Part shown: positions 50,701 through 64,000 of the stretch, one piece after another
Numbering within the stretch: the first letter of the stretch is position 1
Layout: each line of letters begins with the position of its first letter
Assembly (NCBI GenBank): GCA_039096225.1
Contig: JBBPEB010000006.1
Coordinates: forward strand, 992,001-1,056,000
DNA length: 64,000 nucleotides
From: Blastocystis sp. Blastoise
Taxonomy: Eukaryota > Protista > Bigyra: Opalinata
Direction of reading: 5' to 3'
Made by a program: the position numbers and the translations under genes
Notes under the pieces: generated by a model
Databases searched by the model: none
What the model was told of the DNA's origin: nothing
The model's input: only the letters and a program-made list of their open reading frames with translations

Positions 50701-53700
50701 ATTCTCATCTTTTAATAAATGATATAAATATTTCAATTTAATTGCAAATACTCTACAAACTAAATCAGGTCTTTCCCATGCTTCTTGATTAGGATATAAA
50801 TTATCTACTATTTCTTTCCATTTTGGATTACATGTAAAAGTAATAAAATAATCTGGTTTACCATAATATCTTACTATTGTCATTGCATCTAAATAAGCTC
50901 CTTTCATATATCTAGGTCCTCCTACAAAACCACTATTTAATATAATAGGTTTTCCTATTCCATTTGTTACTTCTTCATCTGTTACTTGTTCTCTTCTTCT
51001 CTGATTATATTGTCGTAACACATTATAAGATTCTGCTCTTAATTTTGATTGATTCATTTCTATAAATGATAATCGTTGTTCTTCTATTTTAGAATAAGCA
51101 TCTACAATATATTGTAAGAATAATTTTCCTCCTGATAAGAAATAATTCTTATTAGGAAATGATCTTGGAAAACAAAGAAAAGAATAAAAATCTTTTAAAG
51201 TAAAAGATGATTTCTCATATACAGGATTTCCTATTAAATCTATAGGATATCCTTCATTATTAAATTGTTGATAATTAGCTAATAAAGTAATTGATTTTGA
51301 AAAATCATCATGAGTTTGTCTTGAAGACTCTCTATCATCATTATCTATTTCATCTTCTTCATTATCTAATAATTGATTTCTATTATTATATCTACTATTT
51401 CTATTTGATTCTCTTTCTATTTGTTCTACTTGAATGTTAGTATTTTCTATTGTATTTGAATTGATTTGAGAATGTATTTCTATATTATTATTTCTTCTTG
51501 GAATATAATTAGGATTTCTTCTTAACTCACTTTTAGATGCAAGAATAAATAATGGAATTCCTGTGGGATAAAATATAGGATAAACCATAGGATCACAAAA
51601 TGGATTATCATATTTCATTCTTGTGAAATGTTGTCTTATTTCTTCATTCATATTCATATGATTTGTATTATTATTATTATTAAGATGAATTCTTGGATAA
51701 CATCTAAATTCTGTATGAGGAAATGTTTCCATAGAATTAATAGGAACTATAAGTGCTATTTCATGAGAAGCAGAAGGAGTATTATATCTTCTTTGATCAT
51801 CTGAATGTAATGTTTTGAATTTTAATGAAACATCTACTTGTGATATATGAAGATTATTATTATTATTTGTAGCAGTAGTTACTTCTTCATGTAATGTCTT
51901 AAAAGCATTCATTAATTCATTATTTAATAATGAATTATGTAATACTCTCATTATTTCTGTATTTAAATTATCATAATATTGATTATTTGATCGAAGTTGA
52001 AAAGCTTCTTCTTGATCATAAATATATATTTGATTATAATTAGGAGTAATACCTTCAGGAGGATATAAATCTGCCATAGAATGATATATATTTCCATGTA
52101 CTTTATAGAAATATATTCCATTATTATCTAATCTTGTTTGTGTATCAGTACATGACATAGAAGCAAAAGCTATTGAATTATTATACCTACGAATATCTTT
52201 CTTAAATTGTTTTGAAGAATCTGTATTATCATTCAATAAGTTTTGTATTGATATATCTGGCTCTGATAATGAACCTAAACGTACTTTTCCACTACGACAA
52301 CAACCACTATATTGACTATTCTTTAATATAATATTTCCTTCTGTGTCAAGTGTCCATTGTCTTCTTCTTTTTGTATATATTATTGTATTATTTATTGTAT
52401 CATTATATGAATTTGATGGTTCTTCAAAAAATGTTGTATCATAATTAGTTGAAAACTTAAAGTTGTTTCTTTCATGTTCAAAATGTAAAGCATTACAACA
52501 TGAACATTTAAATATCATTTTACCCAAGTCATAATAGTCATACTTATTATCATTTTCATCAATTATTTGATATGAGCTTCCTATATATAAAAGAATTGTT
52601 TAATATTTTTCAAGATTCATATTTAAAAACAATATATTACTATTATTCATACTTATTGGAGAAAAAGCCAAAATGTCTCTTCTTGTAAAAATTAAATTAT
52701 TTAATTCATCGTTATTGTCTAGAAGTATATCTATATATTATTATTTATAATTCATAATTATATCAAACATATAATATATATTTATATTAAAAAAAACTGT
52801 TATAAAAACAAAAAAATATAATTAAAGTTGTAATTACTTGATAGATTTTGATTATTCTCATCATTAGTTAATTGATCACTAATATCATGATTATTTATTA
52901 TGTAATCATCGTTTTGTTCACTTAGTAAATTTATGCTGTTAGCAACATTTTCTTCGTTTATATTATTATTATCCAATTCTATTAAGTTATTTACACTATG
53001 AGGTACTATTATTATCCTATTTTCAACGTCATTCATTTCTATCATATTTTCATCATTAATAGTTACTTCAGAATGATCATTAACATTAGATGTCGTTATG
53101 TCATTTAAGTTCCTAGAGATACTATTATTCATATCAATAATATCCATGTTATTATATAAAGCAAGTGCTTCGTCATTGATTATTGATTCAGATGATGATT
53201 TTTCTCTATTTTCAATTATATTATTGTTTGTGATATTTATATCTTCCAAATGTACTGTCAAATTTAAGTCATTGGAATCAATAATGTTGTTATAAGTTGG
53301 AAAAGTATTATTTTGTGAGTTGTTACTATTAATAGTTTCTTTATCCTGATTTAAATCTTCAACATTTTTTTCATCATGAAAGTCATCATCAATTAAATCG
53401 TGTATACCATTATTAATTTGGAACTCAAAGTTATCAGTAACATTTTTGTTAAATTCAGTGTCATCATTGTTTTCGATTACCGATTGATAATCAGAACAAA
53501 TACATTCATTGTCATCTGTTTTATTGAGATTAGATACTATAAAATATTTTTTATCATTTCTATTATTATTATATTCATTTGAATCTCTATTAGTTAAGCT
53601 AGGTTCATAATGTGTTAAACTTCTTTGCAATATCTCTTTATTACTCATTAAATCAGGGAACAACTGTGTCGATAAAACATGTTTTTCAGTATCATTAATT

Positions 53701-55894
53701 GATATTTTTTTGTTTTTATTTTTTTCACCTATATATATTATTGAATAGTCTAAAAATATTGTTAAATGAAAGAAAAATCCTAATAAAAGAAAAAAAAAGT
53801 AAAACATGTTAAAAACTGACTATGGAAATTATTATATAAACATTTCTTATGTTGTAATATATTTTTAATGTTTTAAAAACTAAAATTTTATTCATTAATT
53901 TAAAAAACAATCATTTAATTTGAAAACATTCAAAAAAAAAAAGGTTAATAAAAATAAATATAGAAAATAATTAATTAACAATTAAATAAATAAAATTATA
54001 ATATGAAATATATATTTAATTAGTACATACTATCAGAGTCACTATTCTCCAAAAATGTTTTCAAAAGTTTTGCTTTCATATCATTTCTTGCTGTTCTTTT
54101 TATTGTTTTATTATCTAAAAAAAAAGAATATTAAGAAATATAATAAAAATATTAAATTATATCAAAATAATATATATATATATATACTATCGATCTTTGA
54201 TTCCAAAGTGGAATCATCATTTGATCTAAAACTGAATAAAGAGCTTTGATTTCTAAGTATTATTTCATTTGTGACATTCCCATGATTATTCTCATTAAGA
54301 GAATCTAAAGAAATATATAATCATAAAAATAATCATTAAAATCATCATTAAAATAATCATTCAAATAGTCATAATCATAATAATCATGGAAATAATAATG
54401 AAAAAAGTCATAAAAATAATCATTAAAATAGTCATAAAAATATCCATAAGAATAGTCATAAAAATAATTATAATAGTCATAATAGTCATAATAGTCATAG
54501 AAATAATAATAATAAACCAACATATTCATGAAACATTATATATATATTACTATATGAAATTAATATAATTACTTACCTGAATTTGTAAAGCCAAAAACCT
54601 TCGATAAAACTTCTAGAGTTTGTGGAATTAAATCATTAAGTATTTCTTTAGCTAGAATAATAAAAAATGATAACAATAATAATGAATACATAATATACAT
54701 ATTTATATATATATACAATAATGCATCCCACTAACGCTCAGCATAGTACTTCTATCGAATTCTATTCTATTTGTTGCATTTTTATAGCCTATAAAAAATA
54801 AATAATTCATATAAAAAATATATATATATACCTTTGTTAGATATACTAACACCATATTTTGAGAAATTCTTCGTATTCAGATTAGTATTACAATTTTGGT
54901 TTGATATATTTCCATATTTGTGTTTCTTTGCTTTTTTATGTTTCTTATTTTTCTTTTCCGCCGATCCATCTTTCGCTGAATTTTCATTAAGTTTATTATC
55001 AGAAGCAGAAGTAATATTAGAAGAATTATATATATCTTTTGAATTATTAGTAGTAGTATTAGTTACATCAATAGCTTCTTTCCTTTCTTTTTGTTTAAAA
55101 GAGACATAATCTGATAAACTTAATATCTTTTTAAATTCAATTGGATTATCATTTTTATCGTCATTATTTATACCTATAATTCATATAAAAAAAATAAAAA
55201 AATAATTTCAATATAAAATTTACAATATAGAAAATATATATATATATATATATATATTCATACCTATTTGTTTAGATGATTCAAGAGGAGGAGCAGAAGA
55301 AAAACTGTGAAGAACTGGATATTCATCTATATATTTATAAGAAAAGTAATAAAAATTATTATCAAATATAAAAATTACCACAGTCTGATTGATCTATATC
55401 TATAAATTTAGAATGAACTATAGATATTATCTTATATATATATATTTAAATAATATACCTAAATAATCTTTATCACTATTTATTTTTTCTTTATTCCTTT
55501 CATTTGAATCAATACCGCTAGGAGTTTTATCTTCTTTATATCTATTATTATAACTTTTATCATGAATACCTATAAATGTATAAAGAAAAAAGAAATAATA
55601 TATTCATTAGTATTAATATAATATAAATATAAATGTTTCATGATGATTATTTTTATTTGAATATACTAATAATTGTACATATTTTGATAAATAAAAATAT
55701 AATAATAATATAGAAAAATTGTAATAATACTATTTAAGAAATAAAGAATAATTATTACAAAATAATTATCACATAAACATAAATATATAATAATAGTAGA
55801 AATAAATAAAAATGTATACGTTGAGATGAATTTAATATTTGAGAAGAAACCATATTCGTATTACTTTTTTGTATATCTAAAATGAATTGTTTTT

Positions 55895-55942
<48 letters not shown>

Positions 55943-57057
55943 TATTCAATGATGAAATGTTATTGGTTTTAGGTGCTTCTACAATGCTGTTTTTATTTTT
56001 AATACCTATATATTACAGTAATAGATATATCAGTATTAGAATATAAAATAAATAATTAATATAAGATATAATAAAAAAAAATAATAAATGAATAATAATA
56101 TAGTTATATATTGAGTTAAATATTTAATGTAATCATTTTTATATTAATAGATATTTGCTTATAATGTATCGAGAAATAATACTAATAAAGAAATAAATTA
56201 TAATAATAGAATATTATGATAGGAACAATAGTAGATATAATGAAAATAAATAACAATAGAATACTTTAGTAACAATAATAGAAATAATAATATGAGAATT
56301 AATAAACATATATTCTATTGTACATACTACTGGGAGTATTTGAAGGTTTATTATTGCCAAGTAACTCCTTATTTTCCTGAATATTTTTATCACCTATACA
56401 AAAATAAGTATTATAAAAAATAAGTAATAATTATATACTAACTGTACTATTGGTACATTTCTTGTTATTTAATAAATCATTGTTATTTGATTTTGATTTA
56501 ATACCTATGGAGAGTAATTAATTTATTAATAATAAATGTTATACCAATATCTTTTGAAGGCTTATTCAAATCCGAAATCTTTTTACTTACAGAATTATTT
56601 TTATTACCTAAATAATAATAAGAGTAGCGAGATTTGAAATTATACTTATATTATAATAGCGGATAATTAATGAAATAGTAAGAATTTCTAAAAGAAAGTA
56701 ATCACAGTAAATTATATATACATTCTCGCACAGGTGAAAGATCAGGAAGTGATATAGGTTTATAATGTTTCACTATATATAAACATATAAATATATATAA
56801 ATATATATATGATACTTTTTGATAATGGTAATGGAAGAATAAGTGACGATTCATCAATAGATTCTTTTGAAGAAGATAATAATTTATTTTGGTCTGCTTT
56901 TTTTTCTAAATATATATATATATATATACAGTATTCATTTAATATAATATTTAAAAAATTATGATTATATTATTATTATATATAGTTTAGATATATTTAT
57001 GATTAATAATGGTAAATACTTTCTATTCCCACGTTTTCTACTTTATTTGTTGCTATA

Positions 57058-57133
<76 letters not shown>

Positions 57134-57928
57134 CCATCTTTATTTGTAGCCATTAAATCATCTGTTGTCTTACTTATTTGTTCTAAGTAATAAGTATAAG
57201 AATAGTAATTATATATATAAAGTAATAACAAAGATAATAATAAAATAAAATATTGAAAATATATATATATATATAAATAAAATAAAAATAATATATAAAA
57301 CATTGTTATTATCTTTATATGAATAATAATGTTAATTATAATTGACAATAATGAATGCAATATTAATAATTATTATGATATATATATACTCTCTATAACA
57401 TGACTGTTTTCTTGAGTTGACGATTGACTTATAGATAGAATCATTGAATCCATTACTATATAATATAAAAAATAAAAATATTTAAAACATTCGTGTTGTT
57501 AAAAAAATTATAATAAAGAAATAAAATATATATACCTGATGCAATTGTTGCAATATTGCTATTGTTACGTTTAGCTTCACTCCCAGTTGGATTTTGAGCT
57601 GCATTGTCTTGAGACTCTAAATCTTCTGACTTCTTATTGTCCCTCTGTTTATCAATATTAACTGATTCTGCTGATTCTAAAGATACATTATATATTTAGA
57701 ATAATGGAGTATAAGAATATACCTTCAGTTGTTGTTGAAACCTGAGATACATCTATTTCTTGCTGAGCTATATACATGTAAAGATAAAACATGAATATAT
57801 TGATATATATAATAAAATATGTGACAGAATGGTAAGATATATAAGAAAAACATACAGCTTTGAGATCTGCGTTGTTGCATATCTTCTTTGTGTTGCTTTT
57901 TCTTTGAATACTCTTTGCCAAATGTCAT
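47704..57928 (-). CDS. Helitron RepHel (HUH Rep + PIF1-family SF1B helicase); ~24 exons, ~2,500 aa; catalytic core in one exon (47704-52580)
   Basis: Zn motif LGKMIFKCSCCNALHF...CC. Rep motifs FITFTCNPKW, VEFQKRGLPHAHILL, YLYKYTTKG. Helicase motifs GPGGTGKT, WDEAPM, GGDFRQ, AMTINKSQGQT, HGQLYVAFSR. Upstream GT-AG exons join in frame up to the ATG at 57928. Core call ~0.97; the upstream exon chain is less certain. Confidence 0.9.
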
Positions 57929-59349
57929 GATAGCTTATTAATATATATGTTTTTCTTTGACAGAAGATATTATTTATAAGATAATAGTTCTTATATTCTT
58001 GTTAATAATAAATAATAGAGTGAAAAAATCTTTTTCCCCATGTTTTTGTTTTAGTAGATGACCTTCAAAAAACAAACTTTCAGCTGGAAGATCAGTTTTA
58101 AAATGTCTTTTCTTAAATAAATATTTAAAAAGAATATATCCATTTTATAAATCTAACACTGGTTTGATTCATGAAGTCAACAGAAGCAAATATAAAGGCA
58201 TAGTAGTAGAAATTATGAACAAAATCCGCCAATTTGTTTGTATCATATCAAATAACTTTATAGCTTCAAATGGAAGCATGTAGTGTGTGTAAATCCTGAT
58301 TGTGGTGAAGTCTAAATTTAGTTATAATTACTAAAACCGTATTTAGCCAGATTTTGAAAAGTATTGCTTTTTTAAAGTATATATATTTAGAATAGCATTA
58401 TATTTACTCTTATTTTCTATTTGAATCGCTTTATCTATAGTAGATAAATAAAAACACGTAAATGAGTAAAGAATTGTCAGTATCATAAAATAAAAAGGAC
58501 TTCCTACGTCATAGTAATCGTTTACAGCCATTGTAGTTTACTAAACTGAACAAACATGATGTTGACACATGTTATAGAATGCATTCTTATTTTTAAGACT
58601 GACTCAAACATGGTCATTGATATTAAATATGCTATAAAGTACTGCTGGTAATAGTTTGTTATTCACTTATGATTCTCATATATGGAATCACTTTTAATAA
58701 ATAATAAATTGTAAAAATATATATATATTTGGGGTATCTATAATATTAGATAAGCAAAACCATTTATGTAATAAACGCTATAACTACAGCCTAGTAGTTT
58801 TAATCTTTATTAATCAAAAGTATACACATTTTGACACATAGGTAAAAAAACAACCACGTTTATTTCCAATAATGTTTTGACTAATAACAGTATTAAACAC
58901 TCTAATAATTAATTTTACAAACAGTGAATTGAATCTCTTGTTTTAAGGCACGTAAACACACAATTCAAAACTGTTTTAACCTTAAAATTTGATATTTAGA
59001 CGTAATATTTACACATTAGACTATATGTATCCTTCAAGACATATTTGACTACTTTTTAACAACTTTAGAGCCAACATGTCCAGTTTGTCATTCACTCCTC
59101 AACTCCACTTTTGACTATTTCTTTTAGAAATGCAATACACATATACTCTAGTTTTCAAATATATAAAAATTAATTGTCAAATATGAATTTGATTTGTCAA
59201 CTTTCGGAAAATTTTTAGAAAAATGATTTTTCAATTTTCAGTTTTTTAACATGTTATACTATTGACTCTACTAAACTCATTTCTTAATTAATTTTAAATA
59301 TTAAAACTTATATTATTAATATGTTTTATTCTCTATATTTATTTGTTAA

Positions 59350-60450
59350 AATTATTTAAAATAATTAAATATTGACTGAGAAATTAATGTTATAAAGTAT
59401 ACCCTTTTTTCAAAAATTAATTTTTTTATGTTTTGCATATATAATTTTTTATCTCAAAAGTTATTATATATTTAGATAAAATTTTTATAAATATTAAAAC
59501 TATAGGTTATCTATTTTATAAATAAGTTTTATTTATTTTTTAAAAATTAATATTGATGGAGAAATTGTCAAAATAAATTATAGTATCAAAAACATTTTCT
59601 TTTTTTAAACGATTTATTTCACTAATTAAAGACTTATAAAAACATATTTATTTATTTAAAGCTTATTTATGACATTTACAACTCATAATGACTCATAACT
59701 AACTTTTTAGAACAAACATTGTCTGTATCAGTTCAACATGTTGTCTTAAAATTTTCAAATAAGTCACACAAAGTGTCCATATATGATTCTAAACACGAAT
59801 TGAAACGTTTTAAGAGTTTATTGAGTTAACATTGTCTGGTGATCTGTTGTCAAAGTCTTTTAAAAACAAAATAAAATTGTAAAATATGTTTATTTTGGTA
59901 TTTAGTGATTCAATATGAAGTCAAATGTCAAAAATATTTATTATTGATGAGAATATTGACAAAAAACAAATAAAAAAGTTTTGAGAAAAATTTCGAACCT
60001 TATTTTTTTATTGAGTTCAACTATTGTCTCCTGTAACATCATTTTTTAATTATTTAAAAAAGTGACAAAAACGCATCATGTTTTGGTTGTCTTATATCTA
60101 AATATGTTTTAACTTTATTATTTTATAAAATATTGACTGAGAAATCACAATCACAAAATATACCCTTTTTAGAAAATTTTCATTTTTATGTTTTTAATAT
60201 AAACGTAGATATTTTAGTCAATATTGAATATTTAGATAAAATATTAAAAATGCATCATATTTATGTTATCTAGTTTCAAGATATGTTTTTACTTTTTTTA
60301 TATTTTGAATATTGACAGAAATATCAAGATCACAAAATTGGGTATCAAAGAAGAAAAAATTTTAAAAGCTAATACTTCTTTATTAAAAAGTATATGACAA
60401 ATATAAAACACATTTATGATGGATATAGAGTTAAATAAATATAAAACAGC
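59350..60450. repeat. Degenerate repeats in the 5' non-coding part of the autonomous Helitron
   Basis: AATATTGACTGAGAAAT...TATACCCTTTTT...TATTTAGATAAAAT block at ~59369 and ~60129 (period ~760). Weaker copies ~180 bp after each. Confidence 0.6.
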
Positions 60451-61017
60451 TCAAATAAGTTTATATAAAAGGAATGTGTTGGATATCAGTTTGTCTTTTG
60501 TCGTTATTTAAAGGAATTATTGTTGTTTCAGAGTAGTTGAGGTCATATTCATTACATATGAAATGGTTTTAGAGTTTAAAGTTAGTAATGTGTGTATTGA
60601 TATGTTGTCAAGTCATAAATATAAACGAATCTACCCGTCAAAACTATATATAAGACCAACCCGTCAATAAAAGTTAATTTTATAAAAATAAATATAAAGT
60701 ATGTGAATAGATATAGGAAAAATAAGAAAACAATAAAAAATGAAAAACGAAAAATGTGTGTTTTCATAAAAATGAAAAATATTGGATAAAATAAAAATAA
60801 TCCAATAATTTTGGTTAAAATTTTGTGCGAAAATGGTTTTTTGCGTTTTTTAGCCAGAAACTTAGAGTTTTCGAAAAATTTCTTTAACAGTCATTTTTAG
60901 AATTGTGTTCCGGATTTTTTGATGTTATTTTTATTTTATAAAAGTTAATAACAAAGTCAATAATACGAAAAATGTGTGAGACACCGTACTTTTGGGCTGC
61001 TAAATTAAGGATATTAA

Positions 61018-61213
61018 TATGAATATCCAGAAGTACGAATATCTAATACAGGATTATTCTATATTATTAATGATTCAAATGAAATTTTATCAAAAAGAAA
61101 ACGAGATTTTCCGAAATTTATATCTATATGTAATATTGAACCAGATAATTTGATTATTGCAGATATTCATGAATATAGGCAAACAAAAGTTGATGACTCA
61201 TATGTTCCAGAAA

Positions 61214-61251
<38 letters not shown>

Positions 61252-61381
61252 TCTTTAATATAACAATTATTTACGTATATAGGAAAAGGAAGGAGAAGAA
61301 GGAAATAATAAAAGGGTTGTGACTTCTAATACAGTTATCACAAATACTGTATTTATGACTCGTAATAAAATTTCAATATAA
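61018..61381 (+). pseudogene. CACTA-like transposase, 3' part (rest of the large exon + last exon)
   Basis: YEYPEVRISNTGLFYII...FISICNIEPDNLII...VPEN, intron 61216-61282, then EKEGEEG...RNKISI*. Same register as the fragment ending at 47470. Confidence 0.65.
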
Positions 61382-62777
61382 TTGCGATAGCCAATATATG
61401 AATAACAATAACCTTTACTTTTTTATATTATAAATACTAATAATTTTATTATATTATATATAATATCATTTTCTTTTATGTTTTCATATTATAAATCATT
61501 TAAATTTCATATATATATATATTTTTTTATGTTATACATGATTTTATCTTTTACATTCTTGTAATATGTATCTAATATCCATTTCTTTTATATTTTTATA
61601 ATATATTTAACGTATTTTAACTAAAGTTATGTAATAATTTCATTTTGTATTTCAAATAATATCAATATTCTTTGTATTCATCAATATTAAATTAAATAAT
61701 GAACTATTACTACATAAAACAATCAGATAAAATGAGATAATATATTTGAACTATTCTCATTAATGCTAGGTATACATATAAAGTGAATAAATAAAGTATT
61801 ATTGTTGGAATAATGTATAAAGAATCAAGTTATATTGTAGTAATACAAGAGTTGTGGCAATAAATACATGCCAATTAAATATAATAGGACGTAATGATTT
61901 AAAATATAGTAATAAAATATGACAGAAAGAGAAGATTATTTAGAAGAATAAACGCAATATAAATTTCTTTCATTATGTGAAATAGCAATTTAAATGGGTA
62001 ATGTTTATTACATTTATTTATCTATATTTAAATAATATTAAAAAAAAATAATCATATCAGTTACAATATTTTTAAGGTCTTATAAAAGTGGTTATATATA
62101 ATCATCAGGAGTTTTGTTAGAATGAATAATTTAGGAGAAATGTATTCTATTATGAATAGTATGCAAATTCTTCAAATAACATTATTTGATAATAAATTAA
62201 ATGAATATTACTATTAGATCTTTACCTCATCTACTGTTTAGCGCATAATTCATAATTTATAAAAAAAATAGCTATACATAAGATGAAGACTAGTTTGTAG
62301 AAATATGTCGATGTAGGAAGTATAGTTGGAAGAATAATTTATTCGATTTCGTTAATAGTTTCCTATAAGGATTAACGTTATTCTATTATCATTATTAAGA
62401 TAGTTATTATTATAACTAAAAATTTTATGAACAAATAGATAGATAGATAGATAGATTTAATATCAATTTGATGCAAAATTATTACTTTAAATACAATACA
62501 TTTAGGATCAAGGGAGTTATTATTGTCCATATAAATAACTATATTCACATTATTACGAAGTAGTTGTTCAATTATATGCATTTTAAATATAGTATTGATT
62601 ATTGTATAGAATTAGTTCTAGTTATAAGTATTGACATAGAAGTGGTAGTAATAAGTAGGACATTAAGTTGACGTGACTATGATAATTCCTATTAAATTTG
62701 ATGGAACATAGTTATAGTATGAATAACATTAGTATATAACGATAAAATAAAATAATAAGAATAAAAAAATGCAGATA

Positions 62778-64000
62778 TCATTACTATATATATGAGAATA
62801 GGCAAAAAAATTCCCATTGGTCAGTTTTTGGAGAATGCATTTGATTGGCTACTATATACTCAAGTTTGTACCCACAACTCCTCTAAACTTACGGGAAGTT
62901 AACTTTTGGTTGAAACACAGTTCAATACGATATAAGCTGTAGTTGTGCACCATATATTTGGTTAAGCGATATTATTTATAATTAAAAAGTTATTAATAAA
63001 AGAACAGAAAACATGATTTTTGAGTCGTTTTTGATTGGCTCTTTGGGATGACCCCGATAAAAATTGTTGACCAGACAATTGGAAAATAAACATGGGGTAA
63101 ACTTGATTTTTTCTCAATCCCACAATATACGTTATCCGTGTTTATTCTTTATATTTATCTACTTTTTAATACTTTTTCATATTGAACACGTGAGGCCTTA
63201 ACGGTCAAATTTAGATTCTTATTTTGACATCATATTCTGATTCAGGAGGTCGAAAAACCTAGGTGTACCAATTTTCAGCTCCTGAGGACGATTTTTGAGT
63301 GATCGATATTTTCTTCGATCTTCTTATAATTGACTAATATTACAGTATTGTAATTGATAGGTCCTCAAACTACTATAGTTAAAACAAAGTCTTAAAATAA
63401 TGAGTTTGAGTGTCACAATTTTGAAAAATGTGAATTAAGTGGTCTTAGAGGATAAGATTCAATATAATGACTTTTGTTTAGTAAACTAGAGATAATACTC
63501 TATACTATGTTAAAAGGAGAGTCAAAATTATGAAGGTCAAAGTGTATCACCAAATGACAAAATGTGTCTTAAAAAGTAAAAGGGTTTCTATATGTGTATG
63601 GAATCTTATATCAAGTCTATTTTATGAATAAGAGCTTTAAATAAATAGTTTAAGGTTGTCAAATTCAAAAGAATGTGTAAAACATAGTCTTAAACTGTGA
63701 ATAAAAAATTTAGAGATATTAATTAGTGTACAGCTGTAGTAGCTCTACAACATATCAAAAGTACAAAGAAAATAATTTTTAGAGAGTGGATGTGTGAAGG
63801 GTTGTGACTATTATTTAAAATTTATTTTTACTTCAGTTTATATAAAATCGTGAATTTCGTGCACTGTAGAAAAATTGAGTCAAAAAATCAACTCTAAGGG
63901 TCTTAAATTTTGAAAAATGTAAAAATGAGTGACTTAGAGGACGAGATTCAAAATAAGAGTGTTTATTCATTAAACTAGAGTGTATGAGCTATATTATGTT
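62778..64000 (+). mobile_element. Second copy of the Helitron at 44545 (5' 1223 bp; cut by the window edge)
   Basis: Begins A|TCATTACTATATATATGAG. Colinear with 44545-45767 with scattered substitutions and no net indel. Similarity stops at the target A. Confidence 0.92.

Larger units (their letters stand above)
47471..61017 (-). mobile_element. Autonomous Helitron, ~13.5 kb
   Basis: Encodes RepHel. 3' end on the minus strand: GGCCTGC-GTAG-GCAGGCC hairpin, then GTGAAACG-CTTG|T. 5' end at 61017 (A|TT) or 61011 (A|TC), where the transposase frame resumes. Confidence 0.82.

Noticed and set aside
54305-54568. YD-rich / IK-rich ORFs
   Set aside because: A 9-12-bp minisatellite inside a predicted RepHel intron.
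61400-62777. Possible decayed coding sequence or CACTA right end
   Set aside because: No recognisable motif, and no inverted repeat matching the region upstream of 41676.
44545-64000. Long direct repeats (44545 and 62778) as LTRs or composite-transposon arms around RepHel
   Set aside because: They start with A|TC and the first ends in hairpin-CTAG|T, so they are Helitron copies. There are no TG..CA ends, PBS or RT/integrase.

Overview
Very AT-rich, intron-dense nuclear DNA of a microbial eukaryote. GT-AG introns are often bounded by (TA)n, and the standard genetic code fits. The BTB-LRR and BTB-TLDc families are reminiscent of Blastocystis-like lineages (inference only). Bases 1-40 kb hold host genes, mostly on the minus strand: RanBP2-ZnF/tandem-BRCT protein, secreted PI-PLC X + ShKT protein, SRP9, a decayed glycosyltransferase-like gene beside a 2.8-kb TIR element, TcdA/ThiF, a bacterial-type RNase P protein (RnpA) with an apparent mitochondrial presequence, TRIP4/Rqt4-like protein, PS synthase, a PI3K with cNMP-binding and GAF domains, BTB-TLDc and BTB-LRR proteins. 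Bases 41-64 kb are a transposon nest. A CACTA/EnSpm-like transposase gene is split into three pieces by two Helitrons lying tail to tail: a 2.7-kb non-autonomous element (+) with an internal ~244/488-bp repeat array, and a ~13.5-kb apparently intact autonomous element (-). Removing both restores the transposase frame. The RepHel gene has an intronless 4.9-kb catalytic exon preceded by ~23 short exons, and every intron I could trace is phase 1. A second copy of the non-autonomous Helitron starts at 62778 and runs off the window. All gene models were spliced by eye; no database searches were run.
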